A stretch of DNA of 64,000 nucleotides, from positions 1,190-65,189 of IMG/VR virus record IMGVR_UViG_3300012153_000001, one strand, 5' to 3'. The notes beneath the pieces were generated by a model. That model searched no databases, was not told where the DNA came from, and saw only the letters and a program-made list of their open reading frames with translations. Each line of letters starts with the position of its first letter. The stretch's first letter is position 1. This DNA is from a virus. This document shows positions 42,356 through 52,196 of the stretch, piece by piece. The position numbers were made by a program, and so were the translations under genes.

Positions 42356-43157
42356 GCGGCCGGTATCGAAAATAGTCAACGCGTTTAAGCGTGCGAAATC
42401 CGCCATTGGTGCGGCAGTCGGACGCTTATTTACGTTAGGCTTTTCCCGCAAGAATGGCGATGCGGCCGCGAAGGAATCTGCGAAGATACTCAGCGAGCTT
42501 AACGAAGAATCTCGGAAGCACATTGACGAGGCGCTGACTACGGCGGCCAAAGACGGCACTCGACAAACGTTAATTGCGCTTGGCGTAGGAAACGCGCTGG
42601 CTGACGTCAAACTCACTCGTATGAATCTCGCCATGCTAAACGCGGCCAAGGCGGACGCGTACGCGGACCTGCTCGCAGTTACTCAGAACATGGACCGTAG
42701 GACGCGCATGAGTATCCGCCAAGCAATTGCGGAGGCCATGCGCGCCAATCTCGGGCAAGGCGTCAACAGTTCGCGGACAATAAGTGCCGACGCGCTTAGT
42801 CGTCTACGAAACACGCTAGGACAGGCGGCTGACACCGGCATTATCGACGCTGCAGGAAGGCGCTGGAAACCGGAAGTATACGTCGAAACCGTTGTCCTTA
42901 CGAAGATGGCGGAAACGCAGCGCGAAGCAACGATTAATGAAGCGCTAGGCCGCGACGTCTATTACGCGCAGATATCGAGCCATGGCGCAAAGGATGCGTG
43001 TCGTAACTGGGAAGGCCGCATTGTCAAGTTAACACCGGATGCTCCCGGAGATTATCCGTATGTAGGCGATCTACCTCGCAGAGAAATATTCCACCCCCGC
43101 TGTCGTCACGTGCTTTCTCCGGTAAGGAATCCGGAAATTATCGGAGGAGGAAATTAG
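42348..43157 (+). CDS. minor head protein (Mu F / SPP1 gp7-like)
   Basis: C-terminal FHPRCRHVLSP resembles the conserved HPNCRC motif. The gene follows the portal gene. Confidence 0.7.
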   Translation: MDERPVSKIVNAFKRAKSAIGAAVGRLFTLGFSRKNGDAAAKESAKILSELNEESRKHIDEALTTAAKDGTRQTLIALGVGNALADVKLTRMNLAMLNAAKADAYADLLAVTQNMDRRTRMSIRQAIAEAMRANLGQGVNSSRTISADALSRLRNTLGQAADTGIIDAAGRRWKPEVYVETVVLTKMAETQREATINEALGRDVYYAQISSHGAKDACRNWEGRIVKLTPDAPGDYPYVGDLPRREIFHPRCRHVLSPVRNPEIIGGGN

Positions 43158-43424
43158 ATGGCGGAGAGATGTGTTTTAAAAGCGGTATCTAGTAGTACTG
43201 ACAGTGATGTCAAGACCGAGGTGCTAGCAACCGAGCTCGTAGTGTACAACAAAAGTGGGGCAGATTTAAGTCTTACGGTAGTAAATGATAACGGGCTTAA
43301 AATTGTAGACACCTTCGTACTTAAGGACGGTCAGGGAGTTGATTGGAAACTCAATCCTTTCCGAAAAGTAAGTATTAGGGCCGTGGGTTTTTACCAGGTT
43401 GTTGTCGGCAAGGAGGCGCGGTAA
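43158..43424 (+). CDS. hypothetical beta-rich protein
   Basis: SD GGAGGAGGA upstream. No motif recognised. Confidence 0.5.
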   Translation: MAERCVLKAVSSSTDSDVKTEVLATELVVYNKSGADLSLTVVNDNGLKIVDTFVLKDGQGVDWKLNPFRKVSIRAVGFYQVVVGKEAR

Positions 43425-43427
43425 TCG

Positions 43428-44021
43428 ATGCGTATTACAGACAGCGGCGTTACCCTAGCTGGCAGTTCTATCGTAATCCCAGTAGACATTCAAGGCGCTG
43501 AGTTAATCAACTCGGGAGAGATGCTTCCAGTTAAACAAGCTGGAGGAACAACAGGTACAGGCACCACAGAGTCCGATCCAATCGAAATCATTACGCTGCT
43601 AACCAGCGAGCAAGTTAGGGACGTGAATGCCAAGACAGTTGCATTGCCTAGTTTGCTAAAGTACAAACGCTATGTAATCCAAGTTTTCAACGGACTAGAT
43701 CAGGACCTGCGAGTCGTGCCATGGAACACAGCTCCGGCAATATTCGAAGACGACACAGTTGGGATTTTCTCAACTACGGCAACCACAGACGATGCGTACA
43801 GTTGGCTCATTCCTAAGAAGATCGCTGCAAATAGTGGCGTATTTTTCCTGAACGAGATGGCACCAAAATCAAACGCGTCAGGCACAAAAAAAGTGAAGTC
43901 ACCTGATCATCTTTTTGAAACTCGCTTCAATATTGACGGCGCTTTTTCACTTGCATACAAAGCTTCCACCGCACCGACGACAGGAAGCATTACCATACGA
44001 TTTATCGGAGTTAGACGCTAA
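43428..44021 (+). CDS. hypothetical protein
   Basis: SD AAGGAGG upstream. No motif recognised. Confidence 0.5.
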   Translation: MRITDSGVTLAGSSIVIPVDIQGAELINSGEMLPVKQAGGTTGTGTTESDPIEIITLLTSEQVRDVNAKTVALPSLLKYKRYVIQVFNGLDQDLRVVPWNTAPAIFEDDTVGIFSTTATTDDAYSWLIPKKIAANSGVFFLNEMAPKSNASGTKKVKSPDHLFETRFNIDGAFSLAYKASTAPTTGSITIRFIGVRR

Positions 44022-44035
44022 GGAGGGCGTGAGGT

Positions 44036-46315
44036 ATGCGCAGAATCAAACCATCACGACACTTAGTCCCGGTAAGAAGTATGCCGCGCGGCAGACAACT
44101 GAATTGGGATTACAAAATTTTCAGAAGTGACTCAAATTATCGCGAAACAGGAAATTGGCTATCAAGCAGCTTGACCGGATTTGATTCGGGAAGCACTTCA
44201 TACTCATCTACGCGTGGAGATACTGCGGAGTGGAGCCGATACGCGGACAAAACCGGTGTTTACAATGTCTACGCCTGGTACCCGTCTGATAACTTAAATA
44301 CGGAACAAGCGGAGTACACAATTACGTCACTAGGCGGAACTTGGGTCAAGTTTGTAAACCAGAGAATTAACGGTGGGGCGTGGTTCAAACTCACTACAAT
44401 AACAGCCGAAGCGGGTACAGTAATGTCGGTCGTTGTAAAAGCGGACATAGGTAACACAAGGGCCGGACAAATCCGGTTCGAGTTCAGTCCTAGCGACAGA
44501 CCGGAACCGATGGGCGCCGGCATAACGGATACCGAGACGCAAGCTATCTACCTGAACCAGTCCGGTTTCGATGCGCGCAAGACTAAGCGGGCCACCATTA
44601 CGAATGTTCCGGATGGCACGCCGTTCTTGATTAAGACAAAATCCGACGGTTCTTCCGTATTTAGCGGTGTTGTACAAGGTCAAGTTGCAGATTTCACATC
44701 GTTCGACAACTCCGGAGATTTCTATATGGAATGCGTTGGCATCAAATCTTACACGTTCAGCATCGGCAAGTATTGGACGCAGCGAATTTCCGTTGGACCA
44801 ACGCTACGGTTTATGGATCAGTCACGAAGCGATGTGTTTTTGGCCGGACAAAATGGCGTTGCTTGGCGCGATAGTCATCAATTCTCATTTGAGTTGGAGA
44901 GTTTGACGCAGCAGTATCAAGCTAACCCGAGCGCATATGAGCGCATGGAAAAGGGAATCAGCAACCTAGCGACCAGCCAGTATCCAGAGCTACGAACGCA
45001 AACCGAGCCGGACATTATCTGGTTAATGAAATTTGGTGTTCAGAGATATTGGGACCTTTGGAAAAACCAAGGGAAGAAGCACCATGCCTTAATCAAGGCA
45101 CAACTTCCGTACTTTTTGGCCCTGTATCCGGACATTAAACAACACGTTTCCGAAGCATTTTACACAAAGATACGTGACTTTGCGGTGGAAGTTTGGGCAG
45201 ATCCGCAGTCTAATTACCATTGGTATGAAACCGCGTCATTCCACACATTGACCACCAACAACAATCTGCTTGAGGTGCAACCGAGCATCGGCGGAATCAA
45301 AGGCGAAAAGCCGCCCGGTTACGCAATTCGTCCAAACCTGCTTATGTACGAGATGGCTCTGCGTGATGGCCTGTCTAACCCGCAACAGTACAAGGACGCG
45401 GCAATAAACAACGCAAAGTGGTTGGTTGAATCCGTAGACTTAGACGATCCGGCCATGACGAAGGGTCAGCGTATGAGCGAGTACGTCACAATGCAAGGAT
45501 TGGCGTACCTGCTCGAAAAGTACCCGGAACTTGCTCCGAATGGGACGCGCGAGAAAATCAACCGATGGGTTGACGTTATGATTGCGCGCTCAAACAACCT
45601 TTGGGACCTGCGCAAATACGCCGATCCGAACGATGGTACGAAGTATAAAGCGGACCAATGGACCGGAGGTATGATTCGCTATAATGAGCCGGGCAACCTT
45701 ACGGGATTCCTTTCGGCAGCGTATGCGGCGGCTCGCGTACTGGGTAATCCAGCCAAAGAAGCTCGCATCAAGGAAATCGGCATTGCGCAACTAGATAACG
45801 CGTTCGGTCGCAATCCGATGGGAATGCACTTTAGCTACGATGGACCAAAAGAAATCGAAGGCGTAGATAAGGGTTGGCCTACGTTTTATGTCGGTGGTTC
45901 AGGCGTTCTGCAGGACGTTGTGGGTGTAATCGACGGGTCTCCGAAAGAGTTCGCTTATCCGTATAATCCGAAAGCTCCGGCAGGTTACACGGAAGGTTGG
46001 GTAGCGTTTAATACCGCGTGGAACTCGTCTCTTGCTTACCATGCCGGCGACGAGATAGAGATCAGTGCGACGCGCTCAGGATCGACCATAACGGTAACTC
46101 TGCGGGCGGCTTTAAACTTCGACCCTACCAAAGCGGAAACGGGTGAGGTCGATGTTACGACAAGCGCGGGCACATCCGCAAAGCTAACGGTTACGGAAAA
46201 TAGCAACGATGATTACTACTTATCGGCGCAGTACGCCATTCCAAACGGCGTCACTTGGGTCGATTTTTCGTATGGCTACGGAATTTTCCGCAAATCTGTC
46301 CGCGTTACTTTGTAA
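44036..46315 (+). CDS. multidomain glycoside-hydrolase-like protein (CBM-like + Ig-like + GH9-like alpha/alpha barrel)
   Basis: N-terminal golvesin/CBM-like pattern (GVYNVYAWYP...VNQRINGGAWFKL). CelD_N-like segment IYLNQSGFD..KRATI...GDFYMEC..SYTFSIG. C-terminal FGRNPMGMHFSY as in (alpha/alpha)6 hydrolases. Confidence 0.5.
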   Translation: MRRIKPSRHLVPVRSMPRGRQLNWDYKIFRSDSNYRETGNWLSSSLTGFDSGSTSYSSTRGDTAEWSRYADKTGVYNVYAWYPSDNLNTEQAEYTITSLGGTWVKFVNQRINGGAWFKLTTITAEAGTVMSVVVKADIGNTRAGQIRFEFSPSDRPEPMGAGITDTETQAIYLNQSGFDARKTKRATITNVPDGTPFLIKTKSDGSSVFSGVVQGQVADFTSFDNSGDFYMECVGIKSYTFSIGKYWTQRISVGPTLRFMDQSRSDVFLAGQNGVAWRDSHQFSFELESLTQQYQANPSAYERMEKGISNLATSQYPELRTQTEPDIIWLMKFGVQRYWDLWKNQGKKHHALIKAQLPYFLALYPDIKQHVSEAFYTKIRDFAVEVWADPQSNYHWYETASFHTLTTNNNLLEVQPSIGGIKGEKPPGYAIRPNLLMYEMALRDGLSNPQQYKDAAINNAKWLVESVDLDDPAMTKGQRMSEYVTMQGLAYLLEKYPELAPNGTREKINRWVDVMIARSNNLWDLRKYADPNDGTKYKADQWTGGMIRYNEPGNLTGFLSAAYAAARVLGNPAKEARIKEIGIAQLDNAFGRNPMGMHFSYDGPKEIEGVDKGWPTFYVGGSGVLQDVVGVIDGSPKEFAYPYNPKAPAGYTEGWVAFNTAWNSSLAYHAGDEIEISATRSGSTITVTLRAALNFDPTKAETGEVDVTTSAGTSAKLTVTENSNDDYYLSAQYAIPNGVTWVDFSYGYGIFRKSVRVTL

Positions 46316-46395
46316 TGCTAGACACGACCTACGATACGTCGCTAAACTGACGGATACTATGCGCTACGCGGCGCTAAAACGCGGGAGGAAACGAT

Positions 46396-47088
46396 ATGAC
46401 AAACGTTAAGTATCCGATGAACTTGCAACTTTTCGCAGAAGACGATGATCCGAATCCGGCACCAACTCCGCAAGATCCACCGGCTGATCCGCAGCCAACG
46501 AAGACATTTACGCAGGAGGACGTTGACCGTTTGATCGCGGACCGACTCGGAAGAGTACACAAGAAATACGGAGACTACGACGATTTGAAAACGAAGCTCA
46601 CCGCGCTAGAAGAGGCGGAAGAGGAGCGCAAGAAGGCAGACATGTCCGTAGCCGAGCGATTAGAAGCGGAGAAAGCAGCCGCAATCCAAGCCGCAGAGGA
46701 CGCGAAAGCCGAGCTCAGTAAGACAATTTCAGCCGCAAACCAGCGTCTTATTAATGCGGAGTTCCGGGATGTTGCCCGCGAGCTTAAACTGCGACCAGAC
46801 GCCTTGAAATCCGCGCTTAAACTCGTTGATCTATCCGCGGTAGAAGTTGACGAGGAAGGCAGCGTAAAAGGGCTTGAGGACGCGGTTAAGGCGCTGATTG
46901 AAGATAATCCGTACATGGTCGAGCAGGCACCGGTCGAACCGAGAACAATCGGAGCACCGTCCGGAGGCGAGGCGAAGCCGGCGAAGACGAAGGAACAGAT
47001 TCTCGCGGAAGCAGCCGAAAAGGTGCGCGAGAATCCAACGCCAACCGCTATCGCGCAATTCACGAAATTGAAAAGAGAACTGAGCTAA
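46396..47088 (+). CDS. scaffolding protein
   Basis: N-terminal MNLQLFAEDD motif, a coiled-coil Ala/Glu/Lys-rich body, and a position directly before the capsid gene. Confidence 0.7.
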   Translation: MTNVKYPMNLQLFAEDDDPNPAPTPQDPPADPQPTKTFTQEDVDRLIADRLGRVHKKYGDYDDLKTKLTALEEAEEERKKADMSVAERLEAEKAAAIQAAEDAKAELSKTISAANQRLINAEFRDVARELKLRPDALKSALKLVDLSAVEVDEEGSVKGLEDAVKALIEDNPYMVEQAPVEPRTIGAPSGGEAKPAKTKEQILAEAAEKVRENPTPTAIAQFTKLKRELS

Positions 47089-47119
47089 GGGCTGTCCGTA
47101 ATCGGGCGGCCTTTTTGTT
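47088..47119 (+). terminator. rho-independent terminator/attenuator after the scaffold gene
   Basis: GGGCTGTCCG-TAAT-CGGGCGGCC (with G-U pairs) followed by TTTTTGTTT. Confidence 0.6.
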
Positions 47120-47154
47120 TACCCAAAAACCCTTATAAACGGAGGAAACAAACA

Positions 47155-48246
47155 ATGACTAAGATTTTTAACGTAGACCTGATCGGCAAACCGGAATCCG
47201 TAACAGAAGAGATTTTGCTCCTTAACCCGCACCAAACGCCAATGCTCGCAATGCTCGGTTTTGCCGGTGCCGTGAGCCAGGTCGAACATAACTGGTATGA
47301 GGACGCGATGTTCGCAACGGAGTCCACGATCACAGCGGACGTTACAAACAGCGCGACTGCGGTCGTAGTTGCATCCGTTGAGCCTTTCCGCGTTAACGAC
47401 GTAATCAAACTCGGCGATGAATTGCTGAAAGTTACCGCAATCAACACCGGAACTAAAACGTTGACTGTTACGCGTGGGTACGCAGGCACTTCCGCAGCAG
47501 CCGGAGTAACTGGCGCTGTAATCGAGTTCCAGTTCACGGAATCCGTAGAAGGTCGCGATGCAATCGATGCGCGCTTCAAAAAGCGTGAGCGTAAGTCCAA
47601 CCTGACGCAAATCTTTACGGACACTGTAGAGATCACCGGTACAGCCGCCGCAGTTGCGAACTACGGTATCTCCGATATGTATACGTACGAGCAGTCGAAG
47701 AAACAGCTTGAGCTCGCGTTGCAACTGGAAAAAGCGCTGATCAACGGTATCAAATATGAGAATGGTAGTGTCCGCCAAATGGCCGGTCTGCGCAGCTTGA
47801 TCAGCACCAACGTTAAGGACGCAGCAGGCGCAGCGCTGGCCCTCGACATGGTTAACGATAGTCTGCAATCCATCTACGAAAAAGGCGGATTTGCTACGGG
47901 CGGTAACTACGAAATCATTGTACCAGCGAAACAAAAACGCGCCGTGTCAAAATTCGGCGAAAACCTCGTACGTATCGACCAAAACGATAGACGTCGCGGT
48001 ACGGTTGTATCCCAACTGACTACTGACTTCGGTGAGTTCCCGGTATCCATCAACGATAACCTGGCGACAAACGAAGTGTTCATCGTCGATAAAAACCGCG
48101 CAAGCATCCGTAACCTGAACGGCCGTGATTTCCAGCACGAGTACCTCGGCAAAAAAGGCGACTACTACCAAGGTATGATTGTCGGCGAGTACACGTTCGA
48201 GCTGCACCAAGAGCAAGCGCACGCACGCATCAAAGGTTTGGCGTAA
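47155..48246 (+). CDS. major capsid protein
   Basis: 363 aa. SD GGAGGA upstream. Follows the scaffold gene. Confidence 0.8.
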   Translation: MTKIFNVDLIGKPESVTEEILLLNPHQTPMLAMLGFAGAVSQVEHNWYEDAMFATESTITADVTNSATAVVVASVEPFRVNDVIKLGDELLKVTAINTGTKTLTVTRGYAGTSAAAGVTGAVIEFQFTESVEGRDAIDARFKKRERKSNLTQIFTDTVEITGTAAAVANYGISDMYTYEQSKKQLELALQLEKALINGIKYENGSVRQMAGLRSLISTNVKDAAGAALALDMVNDSLQSIYEKGGFATGGNYEIIVPAKQKRAVSKFGENLVRIDQNDRRRGTVVSQLTTDFGEFPVSINDNLATNEVFIVDKNRASIRNLNGRDFQHEYLGKKGDYYQGMIVGEYTFELHQEQAHARIKGLA

Positions 48247-48306
48247 GCCGACCGCAAATAACCGGGAGTTCTTTCGAGAGCTCCCGTTAAATACGGAGGT
48301 TTTACG

Positions 48307-48549
48307 ATGGCAAAGTATAAATCGCGCTATCCGGAACTCTCGTTTTACGTTGACGGCGTAGAGCGTAAGTTTTCAGGCGGTGTTTATGACGCAAAGACTG
48401 CGGAAGAGGTAGCGGTTCTTAACCGTTTATCTGATGCGGAACCAGATACGGAGGAACCTGCGCAAGTGGACGAAGTGGACGCGGAAGAAAAGCCCGCTAA
48501 AGCTCCGGCTACTAAGCGCAAAGCTAGCGCTACGTCCTCCGCAAAATAA
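48307..48549 (+). CDS. hypothetical head-module protein
   Basis: SD GGAGG upstream. The C-terminal tail is acidic and then Lys/Ala-rich. Confidence 0.5.
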   Translation: MAKYKSRYPELSFYVDGVERKFSGGVYDAKTAEEVAVLNRLSDAEPDTEEPAQVDEVDAEEKPAKAPATKRKASATSSAK

Positions 48550-48564
48550 ACGGAGGTGTGGCGG

Positions 48565-48963
48565 ATGAACTACGTAATACCTGACGCAGATGCGTACATC
48601 AACGCGAACTGTATTGATATCGAGGATTGGACGGCCAGCGATACCGCGAAAAAAACACGAATGTTAAATGTCGCAGGATCAACGCTGACACGCGCCTATT
48701 CGAAGTACACGATACCGAACGCGGCTGTCTACGAATTTGCGAATGTGCTTGCGATTATGTACAACGATATGCTTCGGATGCAGCAGCAGGGCGTATCCAC
48801 GTTCGGCCTGACCGGAGTGTTCAACGTTAACTTTAAGGACGGCACAACGTCGATGCCTTACGATGACATGCGTAAGAAGATTCCGCAGGTGTCACTCGAT
48901 TTAATCGGCGAAGAGAACGGCGTTAAGATTTCACGCCGCGCATGGAAGTCGGTGATCTTGTAA
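48565..48963 (+). CDS. head-tail connector (gp6-like)
   Basis: SD GGAGGTG lies 6 nt before ATG 48565. N-terminal DADAYINANCIDIEDW is typical of connector proteins. Confidence 0.55.
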   Translation: MNYVIPDADAYINANCIDIEDWTASDTAKKTRMLNVAGSTLTRAYSKYTIPNAAVYEFANVLAIMYNDMLRMQQQGVSTFGLTGVFNVNFKDGTTSMPYDDMRKKIPQVSLDLIGEENGVKISRRAWKSVIL

Positions 48964-49280
48964 TGCCGCTAGTAGCGATGAATCAAACGATTACAGTTAC
49001 GAAGGCGGGCGCAAGTGACGGATGGGGAAGCAACGTCGATGCCGCGATTGTCGAATATAAGGCTCGCGTTACCGAAGAGACGAAGACCGTCGTTAACAAT
49101 TACGGAGAGGAGGCCGTATCAAGCATGTCGATATTGCTCGATAAGCTGCCGGATATATCGTACGACGACACAATAACGTACACGAACGAATTGGGTGTTA
49201 CGATCAAGCGAAAACCCGCCGCAATCAAGCCCCGTCGCATGCTAAGCGGCCGCCCCGTATTAACGGAGGTGAACGTCTAA
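48963..49280 (+). CDS. head closure/adaptor protein (tentative)
   Basis: TAATG coupling with the previous gene. Called from its position in the head-tail joining block. Confidence 0.45.
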   Translation: MPLVAMNQTITVTKAGASDGWGSNVDAAIVEYKARVTEETKTVVNNYGEEAVSSMSILLDKLPDISYDDTITYTNELGVTIKRKPAAIKPRRMLSGRPVLTEVNV

Positions 49281-49756
49281 TGGCGCGTAACCGTATAGAT
49301 TTCGATGCTGCGCGTGGAGGCGGCTTTATTCGACGCTTGGTGAGTCGTTTTTCCCGGCGTTATGAGGAGCGTCTAACCAACGCAATCGAGGACGGAGCAA
49401 TGACCGGAACACACGACGTTATGGACGATTGGAAACGCCAGGCTACGGACTTAGCGCCGCTCGGTAAAACGGGTGATCTGAGACGCGGTATCGAAACGGA
49501 CGTCACACATAACGGTAAGGCGTGGACCGGTGAGATCACGTCAACAGCGGTAACAATGCGCGGAGGGCGGCGATTTGATTACGCGACATATCTACACGAT
49601 ACGTATCCGGAAAAGTACGGCGATTCGTTTAAGAATCCGACAACGTCCGGAACGATTCCGCGCTACCTCGCTGTACCGGCGGAAGAGAACGAGGCGGAGT
49701 GGGCGCGTATCTTCGAAGGCGAAATAAAGGCCGCGATTAAACGGGGGCGGTTATAA
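49280..49756 (+). CDS. HK97 gp10-like neck protein
   Basis: The pattern APLGKTGDLRRGI is typical of the gp10 family. TAATG coupling with the previous gene. Confidence 0.55.
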   Translation: MARNRIDFDAARGGGFIRRLVSRFSRRYEERLTNAIEDGAMTGTHDVMDDWKRQATDLAPLGKTGDLRRGIETDVTHNGKAWTGEITSTAVTMRGGRRFDYATYLHDTYPEKYGDSFKNPTTSGTIPRYLAVPAEENEAEWARIFEGEIKAAIKRGRL

Positions 49757-50211
49757 TGGCCGCAATCATCGACGAAATCCTCGGCATCGAGGCGTTTATC
49801 AAGTCCGTTGTTTCTGGCGCGGTAGTCGAAAAGCAAACGGTCCCGCTGCAACCTACGCCGGGTCTCTTTGTCGTGCGCTTTTTAGCGGAACCAGTACGTA
49901 CAAACGAAACAGCGTACCACTACCGGATTGAGCGCGATTACCAAGTGATCTATTATAGCGCGACTCCTCAAGCGGCATTTCCCGTTATGGACGCGCTCAG
50001 TAACGCGATATTCGACGTGCAGCGGATTGTTGCGACAGGTTCACGTCTGAACGCGCTGAACTATTCGCAACCCATGCGGACGGATACCGATAAGGCGTCG
50101 ACCACTAACGCGGGCTACGCAACACTCGGCATACTCCGGATTACTTCGCGGCAGTCACGCACCCAACAGTCGTATCCGCTTATTCAGAACGTTAATTCAC
50201 GATTTAACTAG
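49756..50211 (+). CDS. tail completion/terminator protein (tentative)
   Basis: Called from its position before the sheath gene. TAATG coupling with the previous gene. Confidence 0.45.
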   Translation: MAAIIDEILGIEAFIKSVVSGAVVEKQTVPLQPTPGLFVVRFLAEPVRTNETAYHYRIERDYQVIYYSATPQAAFPVMDALSNAIFDVQRIVATGSRLNALNYSQPMRTDTDKASTTNAGYATLGILRITSRQSRTQQSYPLIQNVNSRFN

Positions 50212-50255
50212 GGCGTCCATCCGGGCGCTCTTTTCAATTTAAAGGAGGTCATTGC

Positions 50256-51293
50256 ATGGCAACTTGGGACCCATCAAATTTACCGACACGTCCCGGAATC
50301 TACATGCGCTTTATCCGCGCAGCAGCCGCACAAATTAGCGGAGGCACGCTCGGCACGGTCGCAATCCCGCTGCTGTCGTACGCCGGTACTGCGGTTGAGA
50401 AATCGTTCTACACGGTCGATTCGGAGGCATCTGCGGTCGGTCTGTTCGGTAGCGCGAACGTACAGTCCGTTTTGCTCGCGTTAGCAGGCGGCGCAAAGGA
50501 CGTTCTCGTCTACACAATGCCCGTCGATGCGGTTGCGGACGACTACGTTGATATGCGCGAGGCTTTCGATGCGCGTCCGTTTAACGTGTTCGTGTTCGAC
50601 GGAGAGTTTGACGCTACGCAACAAGCCGCGACTAAAACGTGGGTAACGCGCAATCGTGACGAAGGCAAACACTTCATCGTCGTAATCGGCGGAGACGCGG
50701 CTTCTGACGCAGATCCTGCGCTTGGCAACGCTCGCTCAACGCTTAACGAAGACGACTACATCGTCAACGTAATCAGCGGCGGTATTGTAGGCGGAGTTAC
50801 TTATACTTCCGCGGAATACGCACCATTCATCGCGGGCGATATCGCAGGGACTCCGATTAGCGAGTCGATTACCTACGATCAATTGCCGCTGGAAGACGTG
50901 ACGAAGCGCCTGACCAATTCGCAGACTATCGCAGCTTTGGCGGCCGGATCGCTGTTATTTACGAATGATGGCGCGAAGGTGAAGATCGAGCAAGGACTCG
51001 TAACAAGCGGCCTCAAGATCAAATCGATCCGTACGCAACAAGCGATTACGAACGATATCTCGCGCACAGCTACCGACAGTTACATCGGCAAGCTTCCGAA
51101 TAACGCGGACGGTCAAGCTACGTTGATGGTCGCGGTAAAAGCGTACCTGGAATCGTTAGGCGCGGCCGTACTTACGAATCCCGTCGTAATGCTCGATCCG
51201 CAACGGCCGAGCGTGGGAGACTCCGTTTTCCTGGCGGTTAGCTATACGGAAACCGACACAATGGAACGCATCTTTATCACGGTAAACATCTAA
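50256..51293 (+). CDS. tail sheath protein (XkdK-like)
   Basis: N-terminal TWDPSNLPTRPGIYMRFI resembles the sheath N-terminus. The gene is followed by an XkdM-like tube gene. Confidence 0.7.
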   Translation: MATWDPSNLPTRPGIYMRFIRAAAAQISGGTLGTVAIPLLSYAGTAVEKSFYTVDSEASAVGLFGSANVQSVLLALAGGAKDVLVYTMPVDAVADDYVDMREAFDARPFNVFVFDGEFDATQQAATKTWVTRNRDEGKHFIVVIGGDAASDADPALGNARSTLNEDDYIVNVISGGIVGGVTYTSAEYAPFIAGDIAGTPISESITYDQLPLEDVTKRLTNSQTIAALAAGSLLFTNDGAKVKIEQGLVTSGLKIKSIRTQQAITNDISRTATDSYIGKLPNNADGQATLMVAVKAYLESLGAAVLTNPVVMLDPQRPSVGDSVFLAVSYTETDTMERIFITVNI

Positions 51294-51309
51294 TCGAGGC
51301 GGTGAGAGA

Positions 51310-51750
51310 ATGACTTTGGATGCAAAACGCGTTATCAGTGGTAACTACGGTCAGTTGTTCGACCAAGACGGCGAATGGCTGTCTAACGTTACCAGCGTTG
51401 AAGCGAATATCGAGATCGGCATGGAAGAGATCAAGCTGGCCGGAACGCGCTGGCTCGGCAACAAGACCACTACGCTGAAAGGTAGCGGATCGATTAACGG
51501 TTACCTCGTTACGTCCGAGTGGATCGAAAAGATGGCGCAAGTCACCGACGATGTCAGCTCGCCGTACGTTACGGAGCTTATCGTTAAGATCGACGATCCT
51601 GAAGCGTTCGGTGCGTATCGCGTACGTCTGAAAAACGTAACGTTCGACCGGATTCCGGTTGTGAATTACGAAGTTGGCTCGATTGTTGAGCAGGAGTATA
51701 CGTTTGTGTTCTCCGGTTACGAAATTCTTGACGCAATCCGTCCGTCATAA
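51310..51750 (+). CDS. tail tube protein (XkdM-like)
   Basis: Collinear similarity to B. subtilis XkdM as remembered: ISG..G.LF..GE...V.S.EAN......I...G.....K.T...G.G. Confidence 0.8.
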   Translation: MTLDAKRVISGNYGQLFDQDGEWLSNVTSVEANIEIGMEEIKLAGTRWLGNKTTTLKGSGSINGYLVTSEWIEKMAQVTDDVSSPYVTELIVKIDDPEAFGAYRVRLKNVTFDRIPVVNYEVGSIVEQEYTFVFSGYEILDAIRPS

Positions 51751-51824
51751 TAGCGCAACAAAACTAGCGGACTGTCTTCGGGTGGTCCGCTTTTAATTAC
51801 GAAAATAATCGGAGGTTGACATAT

Positions 51825-52196
51825 ATGGCAAAAGGATTAGAGGCGTTGTTAGGTGCGAATTTGGACGTTACCAAAGAGGTGTATATTCCTCGTCTCAAGA
51901 CGTCATTCACCGTTAAGGCGCTGACCAACGCGGAAACAACAAAGGCGAGATTGCGCGCAACAACAGGCAAAGACAACGTAGACTCGACGGTACTTAGTTA
52001 CGTGATGATTTCGATGGCTTGCGTTGATCCGGACTTTAACGACAAGGCGCTCAAGGCGCATTATGGCGCGAGCGATGACGTTGACTGCGTAGGCAAGGCG
52101 TTGCTGCCGGGTGAGATCGCAAAACTGACTACGGAGATTTCGAATCTATCCGGATTCGGAAACGAAGAGGAGCTGCTGGAAGAGGCAAAAAACTAA
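51825..52196 (+). CDS. tail assembly chaperone (XkdN-like)
   Basis: SD GGAGG lies 9 nt before ATG 51825. The gene precedes the tape measure gene and has a slippery site at its 3' end. Confidence 0.65.
   Translation: MAKGLEALLGANLDVTKEVYIPRLKTSFTVKALTNAETTKARLRATTGKDNVDSTVLSYVMISMACVDPDFNDKALKAHYGASDDVDCVGKALLPGEIAKLTTEISNLSGFGNEEELLEEAKN

Noticed and set aside
47119-47934. 271-aa and 167-aa ORFs on the minus strand
   Set aside because: Both are antisense to the major capsid gene. There are no translation signals, and the sense gene is well supported by position and SD.
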